Assembly: GCF_006345805.1 (NCBI RefSeq)
Contig: NC_043013.1
Span: forward strand, 35,402,001-35,466,000
Source of the DNA: Octopus sinensis
Taxonomy: Eukaryota
DNA length: 64,000 bases
Direction of reading: 5' to 3'
Shown here: positions 12,306-25,925 of the stretch, piece by piece
How positions within the stretch are numbered: position 1 is the stretch's first letter
How the letters are laid out: each line of letters starts with the position of its first letter
Notes under the pieces: generated by a model
The model's input: the letters and a program-made list of their open reading frames with translations, nothing else
Database searches by the model: none
What the model was told of the DNA's origin: nothing
Position numbers and translations under genes: made by a program

Positions 12306-13739
12306 GTATCGTGCAAAATATTTCATTAGTTATAATTATATGTAATTCTATTTTGCATTCGTTAATTTTATGTTTTAGTAACGATGTTGTTATGTATGAA
12401 ACATACAACTACAGAGAAAGGTGTGACATAAAAAAGATGAAATTCGATGGGATCATCCAGTGTTAAGAGGTTATGAAGTCAGGGTTTGTTTGGGGTTCAT
12501 CAGATGTCAGCGACCACCACCAACACATCATGGGAGATTGAGCAGACAGTTCCAAAAACACGGGTGGTGGGTTAAATAAAGTAAAGACTCCAGAAAGGTC
12601 TTCCAAGACCAATCAATTAACAATAAAAATGAGATTTGACTTTTATCAGAAGAGAAAAACTAAAGAGTTAAAAACATATTGCTGAGAAGGTACCAACTTT
12701 GAAAAATGGGCTTGGTGGGAGCAGTCACTCCTCTCAGTCCCCTAATAGCAACACATATGTTCATAATGCTATGTAGATATAACAAATGAGCTTTGTGTCT
12801 TAGCAAGTAACACAATGCCACACTGGTGACAATATATGTATTCTCAATCCTTTGACATATTGTCCAGAATCCTATCAACCTCATCGTCTTTGCTCTAATT
12901 AGTACACTAATTATATTAGTGCTTACTTTGCTAATTATTTTTCTATACTGCTGCTGTTACTGATGTCCCTAGATAATTTCCATCAATCATTATGTTATAT
13001 TGTCACGTTTGTGTGCAGTATTTCACTGAAGAGGAGACTGGGTCTGCAATCATCATTTAGTCTTGATTAATTAAAATTGTCTTGCTCATCAAATTAATTG
13101 TGTTAGCATTTAATTTACTATTTATAGATATGTCTCGCTCCTATCTCTCTAGATATGTCTCTCTTTTGTCCACGAGTTACTAATTTACTAATTCTGTATA
13201 AATTTGTATAAATTTCTCTCTCTCTCTCTAACTTTCTCTGCCTGTTGACATGTCTATCTATCTCCTTCTTTATCCTCCTCCTCCTTCTTCCCCTTTTCCT
13301 TCTTATTATTTTTCTTCTCTTTCTCTTTTTCTCTCTCTCTCTGTCTCTTCCGTGTATAAGTATTGTGGGCATAATAGTAATATTTGTACAACCCTCCCAG
13401 GTGGCAAGCAGTATGTGCTAGTCACTATAAATAAGGTGACATTAGGCAGTATAAAGAAAGAGAGAATACGTACTAGACAGTCATAGAATGTCATGGTCTT
13501 ACTTGTCTTACTAACTATACTGCTATACCAGAGGGAGCTTTATAACAATCCAATGTCAAAAGATTACAACAATTAGTATATATGTTGTTTAAGAGGCTCC
13601 TTTATAACTATATGGATCCAGGTTCTGTCTCACAGAGAGGCATCCAGAATGAGTGCCATCCGCCTTTACCTCAGACTGATCTTTACTTTGTAAGTAAGAT
13701 GTAATAGGTGGAAGCTTTATGGAAACCAATAGGCGCAGG

Positions 13740-13900
13740 CATGCCTGTATGATAAGAAGCTTCTTTCCCCACCACATGGCTCCTGGTTCAGTCCAAGTGT
13801 TTGAGACACCTTGGGTGAGTGTCTTCTGCTATAGCTCCAGACCAACCAAAGCCTTGTGAGTGGATCTGGTTGATGGAAACTGAAAGAAATCTGTCACACA
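13740..13900 (+). mobile_element. SINE family A 5' half
   Basis: Head and core up to ggaaactgaaagaa. Confidence 0.75.
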
Positions 13901-14125
13901 CTCATACGCGCACACAAACCTGCACACTCATACACACACACACGTATGAATATATGTGTGTGTATATATATGTGTGTGTGTGCGTGTGTCATGTGTGTGT
14001 GTATATATGAATGATGTAGGAAAAATCAAAACTTGATTAAAGTGGTTCATCATATTTTTCAGTCTGCAGAGAAATGGCTAAAATTTGCCCTTTATAATTA
14101 TACCATATATATATATACATATATA

Positions 14126-14361
14126 TAGGGTGGCCCGAGAGTAGGTTTACAGTTATTCAATTATCTCTTTTGCATTCATGTATTAACAGTTTAGATCTTA
14201 ATTATTAAAGAATATGAAACCATTATTCTATGCTAATTTAGTTAATTTTGTCAAGCTCCCTTTTCAGTTTGTAAGATAGAAATTTCAATGTAATAAAATG
14301 TTTTTAAAAGAGCATTAAGGTGCCTACGTGATAACTGTAAACCTATTTTTGGGCCACCATG
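14126..14361. mobile_element. Tc1/mariner-type MITE with about 31-bp TIRs and TA flanks
   Basis: tagggtggcccgagagtaggtttacagttat (14126-14156) versus ataactgtaaacctatttttgggccaccatg (14331-14361), with TA on both sides. Confidence 0.8.
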
Positions 14362-14654
14362 TATATGTGTGTGTGTGTGTGTGTGTGAACATATATATAT
14401 ATATATGTATGCATGTGTATCTTTGTGTCTGTGTTTGTCCCCGCCCCACTACTGTTAAATAATTCAGCAAGAGAGACCTATGGAATAAGTAATAGGATTT
14501 GCTCCTTTGACTAAAATTCCTCAAGATGATGCCCCAGCATGGGCGCAGTTTAATAACTGATACAACTAAACGATAAAGGATAAAAGATAGTGCTTATATC
14601 TTTAGCATTACAATTCTATTTCTCATGTTAATTACATCGGTTGCCATATATAGC

Positions 14655-15067
14655 CTCTTCTCTCTTTTCTTTTACTTGTTTCAGTCATGTGAATGTGGCC
14701 ATGCTGGAGCACGCCTTTAGTTGAGCAAATCGACCCCAGGACTTATTCTTTGGAAGCCTAGTACTTATTCTATCGGTCTCTCTTGCCAAACTGCTAAGTT
14801 ACGGGAACGTAAACACACCACCATCGGTTGCCAAACGATGTTGGGAGGACAAACACAGAAACACAAACATATACACACACATACATATATATATACATAT
14901 ATACGACGGGCTTCTTTCAGTTTCTGTCTACCAAATCCACTTACAAGGCTTTGGTCAGCTCAAGGCTATAGTAGAAGACACTTGCCCAAGCTGCCACGCA
15001 TTGGAACTGAACCCAGAACCATGTGGTTGGTAAGCAAGCTACTTACCACACAGCCACTCCTGCGCCT
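14655..15067 (-). mobile_element. SINE family A, full length
   Basis: Same blocks as the other family-A copies. Confidence 0.9.
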
Positions 15068-15282
15068 ATGTTAAAAAAAAAGTATTTGCATTAGATTAAT
15101 CTAACATCTATGTTGGTCTCAAATTTTGGCACAAGGCCAGCAATTTCGGGGTGGGGAAAAAGTGAATTACATCATCCCCCAGCACACAACTGCTACTTAT
15201 TACATCAACCCACTATTCAAAGACAAAGTGTAGTGCAGCAGAAAGTGAAGTCAGAACATAGAGATAGACAAAATGCCACTAA

Positions 15283-15440
15283 GCGCAGGAGTGGCTGTGT
15301 GGTAAGAAGCTTGCTCCCAGCCACATGGTTCATGGTTCAGTCCCACTGAATGCCACCTTGGGCAAATGTATTCTACTATAGCCTTGGATTGACCAAAGCC
15401 TTGTGAGTGGATTTGGTAGACAGAAACTGAAAACAGTCAT
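15283..15440 (+). mobile_element. SINE family A 5' half
   Basis: gcgcaggagtggctgtgtggtaag ... ggtagacagaaactgaaa. Confidence 0.8.
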
Positions 15441-15454
15441 GTGTGTATACATTC

Positions 15455-16035
15455 ATTATTTTTATTTGTTTCAGCCATTTGATTTTGGCCATGCTGGTGC
15501 ACCGCCTTTAGTTGAGCAAATCGACCTCAGGACTTATTCTTTGTAAGCCTAGTACTTATTCTATTGGTTTCTTTTGCCAAACTGCTAAGTTACGTAGATG
15601 TAAACACTCCAGCATCGGTTATCAAGGGATGGTAGGGTGGACAAGCACATATCATCATTATCATCATCATCATCATCGTTTAACGTCCGCTTTCCATGCT
15701 GGCATGGGTTGGATGGTTTGACTGAGGACTGGCGAGCCAGATGGTTGCACCAGGCTCCAGTCTGATCTGGCAGAGTTTCTACAGCTGGATGCCCTTCCTA
15801 ATGCCAACCACTCCAAGAGTGTTGTTTGTGCTTTTTACATGCCACCAGCTCGAGGGCTAGTCAGTCAGTACAGGCTTCGATCATGCTCAAAAGGTACTTT
15901 TTATGTGCCACCAGTCCAGCGGCACTGGCAATGTTGGGCTTCTTTCAGTTTCTGTCTCTCAAATTCACTCACAAGGCTTTACTTAGCCTGAGGCTATAGT
16001 AGAAGACACTTGCACAAGGTGACACACAGTGGAGC
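15455..16035 (-). mobile_element. SINE family A split by a family-D insertion (about 15655-15935)
   Basis: A-tail 15455-15645, D 15655-15935, then A 5' part resumes at gggcttctttcagtttc. Confidence 0.75.
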
Positions 16036-18029
16036 TGAACCCCAAACCATGTGGTTGGTTAAATTTTGGTACTAGGTCAATGATTTCAAGGGAGGGAATA
16101 AATCAATTACATCGCCCCCCCCACCTCAGCACGCAACTGGTACTTATTACATCAATCACTGAAAAGTTGAAAGGCAAAGTGTAACTCAGGGTGGAATGTG
16201 AATAAAAAGAATATGAAGGTTACCTAAATGAACAGGTATGCTGGTTAAGTGCTATAGTTGGTTGACCGCTAGGCTCCAAGATCACAGCTAAGGCTGGATC
16301 TGTGGACCAGTATTAGGGTTCCATTATATCTGGTACATATTATATTGGAGGAAAAATAAAAACCATGGCAGAACAAGTATATTAAGTCATTTAGAATAAT
16401 TTTAATTAAGGTAAGACGAATTTAAAGTCTTCCCCTAATTAGATTATTCTAAATGACTTGAGATACTCATTCTGCCTTGGCTTTGATTTTTTCTCTAATA
16501 TAGTATATATATATATAGTATGTATATGTATATTGTATATGTGTGTGTGTATACACACATATGTATATATACACACATATATATATGACAGCTTACTGCC
16601 ATAACCGACACATATATTGAAATATTTATATGTATTCCTCTGTGTATATGCATGGGAGTATGCATATTATTATGCACATGTACATGGTATTTATATATGT
16701 ATTTATGAGTGTGTGTGTGTGTGTGAACATATGTAAAGACGTATGTATGTATATGAATGTATGTATTTATGTATGTTTGTATGAATGTATGTATGTATGT
16801 ACATGAATGTATGTATGCATGCCTTTATTTATATATGTATTTATGTATGCATGCATGCTTGTATGAATGGATGTTTGTATGTATATGAATGTATGTATGT
16901 ATGTGTGCATGTATATATGTACGTATGTATGAATGTTTATATGTATGTACGCATGTATATATGAATGTATGTATGTACGTATCGTTGTCTGGTATGTATG
17001 TTTGAATGCATGCATGTATGTATGTATGCATTTATGTATGTATGGCTGTATGGTATGTATGTATGCATGTATGTATGTATGTATGTACACATGTAAGTGT
17101 GTATATATGTATGTACACATGTAAGTGCGTATGTATGTATGATGTACATGTATGTATGTATGTACTCATGTAAGTGTGTATGTATGTATTAATGTAGGCT
17201 CAAGAAGAATTAAAATATATCTTTGAATGCAAGAAGCTCTTAAAACTAGATTAATTCATACTAACATTTAATTAAAAATGGTACATTTATGATTTTGTCT
17301 ACAGAAATCAGAAATCAGAAATCTCTGATAAATAATAAATAAATAAATAAACTAACCTACTGGAAAATCTTTTCTAACAAAGTCTATAAAATTTCAAGTT
17401 AACAATTTCCTGATCAGATTTAACATTTTTGTTATAAATATAGATTTCATAATTAAATGGATCTCCAATAATTGACAGATAGTTATTATGTTGTCTATGG
17501 AATAATGACAACCAGCACTGAATCTCAGAATGGTGGTACCAACTATTCTTCCTAGAACAGAGAGGTGAATGTTTTTGTGATTTATCCTGAATTTGTTGCC
17601 TGTAGAAATAGGAAAAGGGGTCATGTGAGAATTCCTGAGGGATACAGTTTTTGAGAGAAAGGATCACCCAAGTACTGTGTTTAATGCTGTTGTGCCGTGC
17701 TCCAAGTATAGCAGGAATAGCCTAAACATAATCTCTACCGGATTCTCATTTAAGTGGTAATGAACAACACAGGTAGGTAAAGAAGATAAAATACTGAAAA
17801 AATAGACAACCAATCATGTTGCGGTTTCATAGTTAAGTGTGTATATGATTCATTGTTAATGACAACCCCCCCTACCTTAACTGTTGTTTACTTCTGTTGT
17901 TTTCTGTGATTAACTGAGCACGGTATGACCCGAGTACTTCATCTGGTAAATGAGCAAGAAGAAGACTCTTTATAGTTGCTACGCCTGCACCTACATATAT
18001 ATATGTGTGTGTATATATATATATATATC

Positions 18030-18200
18030 ATCATCATCATCATCATCATCATCGTTTAACGTCCATTTTCCGACGCTAGCACGGGTTGGACGGTTCGACC
18101 GGGGTCTGGGAAGCCAGGGCTGCACCAGGCTCCAGTCTGATCTGGCAGTGTTTCAACAGCTGGATGCCCTTCCTAATGCCAACCACTCTGAGAGTGTAAT
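18030..18200 (-). mobile_element. Family D: RTE 3'UTR remnant
   Basis: (CAT)n cgtttaacgtcc ... ggatgcccttcctaatgccaaccactc. Confidence 0.8.
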
Positions 18201-18204
18201 GTGT

Positions 18205-19250
18205 GCTTTGATAACTTTGATAGGTTTTGACCAGTACAGGCCCAGGTCATATCTAACTCAATAGCAGCACCCCGTGAAGATTTTAGTCATATATGGGGCA
18301 CCATGGCCCACTCTAGCAAAGAGATTTTATTGCTGGAGACATATCCAGGTGTAGTAGGTTGGTCCAGGATTTTCTGAAGAAATTTGTCCAGTGAATATTT
18401 GAATTTTATGGGATCTGTGTCCGTTTTGACATATTTTGGTATGGTATTAAAGAGAGCTGGACTGGTTGAGGTAAAGTAATTGTGACGTAATGTTGCTATG
18501 TGTACCGATTTCGATTTTTGTAGTGGGCAGATAGCATGGGGGTCAAATCTTTGATGGATTTTAAAACTGATGCTAACATCATTTGTGCAATATTGATGGA
18601 ATATTTTCCACAAAACACGAATACTTACTTTTTAGTCAACCCCAAAAATCCGTGCCTCTCATGCCATCTATCTTTCTTGTCATTGACCTCTGGAGTGCTT
18701 CTACTTTCATAATGAGTTGCTTCATATGGGGGAACCACATTGGGCAACAGTACTCAAGGTGGGGTCAGCCAAAAGTAGGGTAGAGAAGGATGATGGTGTG
18801 GGCATCTCTAGACCGGAAAGTTCCCAGAATCCAGGAGCACATATTGCGGGCCTAGTCAACTCCAGCTTAGATTGCTATCAACAATTGCTCTAAGATCTCT
18901 GGTGTTGTTGGATGACACTAGGGAGTCACCCAAGGAAAGAGCATATGGTAATTTCAGAGTTTCCTCTTTCCCAAAGTGGATCAAATCAAACTTCTCTTTA
19001 TTTAAAAGCATATTCTTTTTTCCCGCCCATTGGACAATAACAAACAGATCCGACTGAAGGCCTGTTCAGTCTCTCATGCCGTTTATGGCTTTCTGGAGTT
19101 TGGAATCATCTGCAAAGATTTTCAGTGTAGAATGTTTGATGACATGACTGTCGTTGATATAAATAATGAAGAGGAGTGGGCCCAACACAGTACCTTGTCG
19201 GACACCACTACTGACTTTGGCTGAGCTGGATCGTATTCCCTCAAACACAA
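18205..19250 (-). mobile_element. CR1-type LINE 3' fragment, frameshifted reverse transcriptase pseudogene
   Basis: [20 protein letters not shown]...FADDSKL (RT motifs), C-terminal PALFNTIPKYVK...FKYSLDKFLQKILDQP, and a short 3' tandem ATCAAAG(TT). Confidence 0.9.
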
Positions 19251-19466
19251 CATGTCAACATCAAATTGCACCCCCTCAGCTGGAGGGGGTGCAATTTGAT
19301 ATCGACACATCTTCAGGACAGTGACCAGGAGCTTATCACCACTGCAACTGTGCTTGATCTTATCTATTTCTGTTAGGATATCAGGAGCACCAAAAGTTAT
19401 GTCAGATATGGTTATATGTGTATATTTATATATTATATATGTGTGTGTGTATGTGTGTATGCATGT

Positions 19467-19510
<44 letters not shown>

Positions 19511-19604
19511 ATTATATATAATATAGTGTATAGATATATATGTGTATATTATATATATAATGCATGCATCTATATATATTTATTATATATAATATATATT
19601 CCAT

Positions 19605-19642
<38 letters not shown>

Positions 19643-20320
19643 CATACATATATATATAATATCTATGCACACACACGCACATAGCCTATATATTTTCAAT
19701 TTCCCATCTTCTAAATCCACTCACAAAACTTTAGTTGGCCTGGCACTATAGTAGAGGGCACTTGATCAAGGTGCCACATGGTCGGAGTGAACCTCGAAAC
19801 ATGTGGTTGAAAGAAATGTCTTATCCACACAGCCACATCTATACAGTTAAAGTAGGGGAAAAATAGAAGGCACAGGCTTTGGTTGATTCTCGAAGTAAAA
19901 AGGTCTTTATTTAATGGGTAGAGTTTTGAAATGTGGCTCAGTTATAATTTTGATAAGAACTCGATAGAATAACCGTCCTGCAAATGAACAATTCCCAATT
20001 GTAGAGAAATCTAGCACCCCATAGGCAATCAACAGATATTGAAATCTAAATTATTTCTCTCACCTTTAAAGCATTCGGAGTCTGTTCTTGAATAGAAAAT
20101 TGCAAATAAAAGTAGTTTTGTGTGAATTTAAGGGAAAAACTATTTGAAAGAGGGACAAGAAAAGAGAAGAAAACCTTGTAAACCCTTAAGTATTATGATC
20201 TGGCTTGAAAAAAGGTATATCAAGTGAAGATGTATAGATTAACATATACCAGACTGAATTAAATTACAAGAGATATTACTTTACAGAGCCATGCAAGCAT
20301 GGAAAAAAGGACATTAAAAT

Positions 20321-20369
<49 letters not shown>

Positions 20370-21115
20370 ATGTGAATTAGAATCTCATATATATATATAT
20401 ATAGATATATATATATATATTTATGTTTATGTGCATATATGTATGTTTGGGAGTTTCTGTGTGTGTACAAATATATATATATATATGTATGTATGTATGT
20501 ATGTAATATATATATATATATATATGTGTGGTTGTGTGAGTGTATATATATATATATTTACACACACACTAAAATATATAGTTACAATTATCTTCAAATA
20601 AATAATCGGGTATATGTGATTGTAAATTATTAGATAAATATATATAAGCACAGGTATATATCTATATTCATATACATACATACATACATATATACACTAT
20701 ATACATACGTATATATATACATACATATATACATGTACATTTAAAAAGTGACACACACATTACTCTCACACCGACACGAATTTCAATCTGTCATGAATTT
20801 TAGATAACACTGAAGAAAGAAATATATATATAAATTATGAAGTAAAAAATTATTTAAAACAAAATCAAAATAAAAAACTTCATATTGGAAACATAAACTG
20901 CTATTAAAGATTAATTGATTTTTATGAAAAGATTTGACAGATATCCAGCCTATTCATCATATGAATTAATCCAAATTTCACTATTTATCTCTAACAGAAG
21001 AGAGTGATGTATATTAATTTCCTGTTTAACGGAGAGATTAAAATTCGAAAGTTATTCAACTACCTCTTCAATGAAACCCTTGAACAGAGTCCATCAATAC
21101 AGACAATGTGTGATG

Positions 21116-21167
<52 letters not shown>

Positions 21168-22613
21168 CATATATATATACACAAATATATATATGTGTGT
21201 ATATATATTTATGTATATATACATATATGTATATATATGTATATGTATGTATGTATATATATATATACATATATATATATAAGTATCTGTGTGTTTCTGT
21301 TCGAAAGAAATCCTATCTGACTTAGAATTTTTCATATACATACATACATATATATATGTATGTGTATATATATATATATACATATACATAAGTATGTATG
21401 TATGTATGTGCATCTATACTCATATAAATATATACACACATATACACACACACAAGTATGTATATTAGTTTGATAGATGAAGGTATATGATATTTATATT
21501 TAATTTCATAAATTTTGCTTTGATAAATTTCTTGAGAGTGTATGCGAGTGTATGTATGTTATTGTGTGTGCATGTGTAAGGATGTGTGTGTTTGTGTTTG
21601 TTTGAGCATATTTTTATATACACATTATATACATACACATTCAAACAAACATCTTGTGACAAATTATTAAAGTTGAATAATGAAAAAAAAAAAAGAAAAA
21701 ATTTGGCGAAGATTAAAAGACATCTCTTTTGAAAAGGAGCAGAGAGAAAAAAAAAACCCCAAAAATACATACACACACACAAACATACAAAGAAATGTAA
21801 TATAAAATTATAACCTTTCTGACTTTGACAATAGGAGTATATTTTATCCTACATAGACAAATAAAATTATCAATGTTCTCAGTTCCTGACCGAAATATAA
21901 TAGTTTGCTGATCAATTTCTGCTATTTGTCACAGCATCTGATAGACAAGATCAAGACTGATACCAGATCAAACTTTCTCATTGAAAAACGTTATTGAGAT
22001 TCGGCCTCATTATAAAGTTGAAATGTTCAATCATAATCAAGCATCACAATATATAATACATAAATCTCTCTCTCTCATACTCACACATACACACAAGCTC
22101 ACATGCATGCATTTGTTGTATAAATATCTGTGTAGTAATCTCTCTCCCACGCACGAACATGCATGTGTATTAAGCAATATCTTTAAATTGGAAGGTAAGT
22201 TGCCATCAGATCTGTGCTTATAATGTGGTCTCAGTTTCTAGTTGCAGCTACATACACATCCATTTTCGTTTTGTATCAGGTTCTAAAGTTAGATTGAATG
22301 TTACGAATGACTTAATTATACTAATGTATGATTACGAAATGAATTATTGCGAAAAAGTCATGAAGAAGTCTCTATCACCCATGACGAAGATGCATTTCAT
22401 ATATGTTTATGCATACCTATGTATATATATTTATTTATACAAATGTTCACACACTTATACATACACTGCTATATGTATGTATATATATATACACCATACA
22501 CATACATACATACATACATATACATATATATTGCGAGAGAGAGAGTGATAGATTGATAGAAATGTATACATGCATATATATATATATAGATATATATATA
22601 TATATAGAGAGAG

Positions 22614-22673
<60 letters not shown>

Positions 22674-22827
22674 TTTGAATGATGTACATACAAATAATAT
22701 ATATGTGTATGCATATTTATATAAGTACATATATATATACGTGGGTTTGTATATATATATATATACATACTCAACACATAAATAGAATAATAGACAGACT
22801 AATAAATTAATATATTAATGGATACAT

Positions 22828-22987
22828 TGAAGAAGAAGAAGAAGAAGAAGAAGAAGAAGAGAGAAGAGAAGAAGAAGAAGAAGAAGAGAAGAAGAAGAAG
22901 AAGAAGAGAAGAAGACGAGAAGAAGAAGAAGAAGAAGAAGAAGAAGAAGAAGAAGAAGAAGAAGAAGAAGAAGAAGAAGAAGAAGAG
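22828..22987 (+). repeat. (GAA)n microsatellite
   Basis: Direct reading. Confidence 0.95.
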
Positions 22988-23703
22988 TCTTAATCTGATT
23001 AATTTTCAAGAACCAATACTTACAAAGCCGTTACTTACACTATACTTTAATATTAAAGTTGAAATCTGTGTCTGTACCTGGCATTTAATTATGAGAAAGC
23101 AAAGGGTTCCAAGAGAAATATGAAAATAGGATTGAGTAGCAAACCCCAACTGAAATAGACAAGGAAATTCTATTGCAATGTCAAGTAGATCATTAATTGT
23201 TAATTTTAAAGAATTTCTTGAATTTGGACCTGATTAATTGGAACTGGTAAAGCATTGTTAATTTATTTTTCATTTATCCAGGAACCGAGATGTGATCCTG
23301 TTACTTGTATGGTTCAGGAGCACCAGCCAGCCAGCCAGCCAGCACTGACTGTTTGGCCATATGGCTCGGTTTTTTTTTTTTTTTTTTTTCCCCATATTAG
23401 ACTCTGTTAAGTGTGTTCCCTTCTCTGAGGATCTAGCTGGGTTGACACACCTCGTGTTGGTCGACCCCCAGGCCACATGAAGAGGTATCTTGCAGAGATA
23501 TATTTTTAAGCCCGGTACTTATTCTAATGGTCTCTTTTCCTGAACTGCAAACACACCAAGATCAGTCTAGCAGTGGTGGGATGAACAAGCATAGACACAA
23601 AGATACTCACACATAGATATACATACATTCATACATACATACATACATACATACATACATACATACATACATACATACATTCATGCATACATACATACAT
23701 ACA

Positions 23704-23739
<36 letters not shown>

Positions 23740-23759
23740 TATACATACATATATGATTG

Positions 23760-23945
23760 ACCGCTAAATCCACAAGTTATTTTTTACTCCCTCTCCGTTT
23801 ATTTCCTCGTGTTCCTTTCTGTTGAAGAGCGTTGGCTTGAAACGTAAAAGACTTTCTCACCTTCCCAAGTGTCAAACTAATACACCTGTTTGTTGTTTAC
23901 TCACCTGTCTTCATCTTTTATATTTCTCTAAATTTCAACTTTATA
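23760..23945 (+). mobile_element. Short repeat HH-3 with hammerhead-like motif at 23815-23850
   Basis: cttt CTGTTGA A GAGC gttg GCTT GAAA CGTA aaag, between TA-rich microsatellites. Single copy in the window. Confidence 0.5.
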
Positions 23946-23949
23946 TATC

Positions 23950-24330
23950 AGGAGTAGTTGTGTGGTAAGTAGCTTGCTGACCAACAACATGGTTCCAGGT
24001 TCAGTCCCACTGCGTGGCATCTTTGGCAAGTGTCTTCTACTATAGCCTCGGGCTGACCAAAGTCTTGTGAGGGAATTTGGTAGACAGAAACTAAAAGAAG
24101 CCTGTTGTGTATATATGTATATGTTTGTGTGTCTGTGTTTGTCCCCACACCATCATTTGACAGCTGATGTTGGTGTGTTTACGTCCATGTAACTTAGTGG
24201 TTCAGCAAAAGACACTGATAGAATAAGTCCTAGGCTTACAAAGAATGAGCCCTAGGGTCGTTCTGTTTGACTAAAGGTGGTACTCCAGCATAGCCACAGA
24301 CAGATAACTGAAACAAATAAATGAATAAAA
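23950..24330 (+). mobile_element. SINE family A, full length
   Basis: ggagtagttgtgtggtaag ... ccagcatagccacagacagataactgaaac. Confidence 0.85.
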
Positions 24331-24396
24331 GAATATAAATATAGATATAGATATACATACACACACACATATATATATAAAGATAGACACACACAG

Positions 24397-24432
<36 letters not shown>

Positions 24433-24908
24433 TGATAGATAGATATGACAGGCTTCTTTAAATATCCATCTACCAAATCCACTCACAAGGCTTTGGTCAA
24501 CCCGAGGTTTTAAAAGAAGACAACTGCCCAAGGAGCCTCACAGTGGGACTGAACCTACAACCATGTGGTTTGGAAGCAAGCTTCTTTAATGTTTTGCGTA
24601 TTGTAGAATTATAAGCAATTTAATTCACATTTTAATAACAAAACCTTACATGGACCCTAAAGGTTCATGTGGATTCCAGTTGAGAGCCACTAAATTTAAT
24701 GCTTGATGACTATGAATGTTTATATTAATACCAACAAGCTAATGGCGTCGGCTCGACAACATATTTTATCTTCTTTTGTCTTTTCTTTTGTCAATGGAAC
24801 CTAATTCTTTAGAAATCTTTTGCACCAACTTTTGCTCCCAAACAGTTTTATAGACCTTGGCTGCTTCTTTTCTCTCATCATTCCTAATGTTTTTTGGTTT
24901 TTTATACA

Positions 24909-25250
24909 CATCATCATCACCACCACCGATATCAATAACATCATCATCATCATCATCATCATCATCAACAGCATCATTATCATCGTCATCATCATCGTCG
25001 TCATCGTCATCGTCGTCCTCATCGTCATTGTTATCATCATCATCATCATCAGTAGCAGCAACAGCATTATCATCATCGTCGTCGTCGTTGTCGTCATCAT
25101 TTAACATTCCACTTTCCTGCTAGCATGGGTTTGATAGTTTTAACAGGATCTACCAAGTCGGAAGTCTTCATCGTACACCATTATATCCTTTGGCATGGTT
25201 TCCACTGCTAGACACCCTTCCTAATACCAACGACTTTTATTACAGAGAGT
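24909..25250 (-). repeat. Long (CAT/CGT)n microsatellite grown from a family-D tail
   Basis: The microsatellite continues into catttaacattccactttcctgctagcatggg. Confidence 0.7.
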
Positions 25251-25343
25251 ACTGGAAGCTTTTGCACAACACTAACACTCGAGAGGATTACCTCATATCT
25301 TACAAGGCTAAGGCCCCAGAGTTGTCACAAATAAGTCACACAA

Positions 25344-25925
25344 GGCTGTAACTACAGACCCTTCTCTCTCACATAAACGAATCTCATGAGGCTATAACTA
25401 CAGACCCCTTCTACATTAAATACCCACACAGACTCTAACTACAGACCCTTCTTTCTCACATAAATAAATTATACAGGCTGTAACTACAGACCCTTCTTTC
25501 TTGCATAAATAAATTATACAGGCTGTAACTACAGATCCCTATTACATTAAATAACCACACAGGCTCTAACTACAGACCCTTCTTTCTCAAATAAATGAAT
25601 TATACAGGCTGTAACTATAGGTCCTGATTACATCAAATAACCACATAGTCTCTAACTACAGACCCCTTCTGCATTAAATAATTACACAGGCTCTAACAAC
25701 AGACCCTTCTTTCTCACATAAATAAATTACACAGGCTGTAACTAGAGACCCCTATTACATTAAATAACCACATAGGTTCTAACTACAGACCCTTCTTTCT
25801 CACATAAATAAATTACACAAGGCTGTAACTACAAGCCCCTATTACATTAAATAACCACATAGGTTCTAACTACAGACCTTTCTTTCTCACATAAATAAAT
25901 TACACAAGGCTGTAACTATAGGGCC
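25344..25925 (+). repeat. Minisatellite of two unit types (45-46 bp A, 41 bp B), 13 units plus a partial
   Basis: Units start ggct(g/c)taactacagaccc. A ends ttctttctcacataaataaattacaca; B ends ctattacattaaataaccacata. Confidence 0.9.

Noticed and set aside
13577-13689. Plus-strand frame RLLYNYMDPGSVSQRGIQNECHPPLPQTDLYF ending at GTAAGT
   Set aside because: There is no convincing acceptor, an in-frame stop lies just upstream, and no homology is recognised.
17361-17599. Minus-strand exon candidate with good acceptor and donor
   Set aside because: All three frames contain stops before the donor, and no family is recognised. At most a non-coding exon.
22815-23123. Poly-Lys and poly-Leu ORFs
   Set aside because: Translation of (GAA)n.
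25344-25925. CRISPR-like look (constant leader of about 18 bp plus spacers)
   Set aside because: The spacers are two recurring homologous types, the context is eukaryotic, and there are no cas genes. It is a minisatellite.
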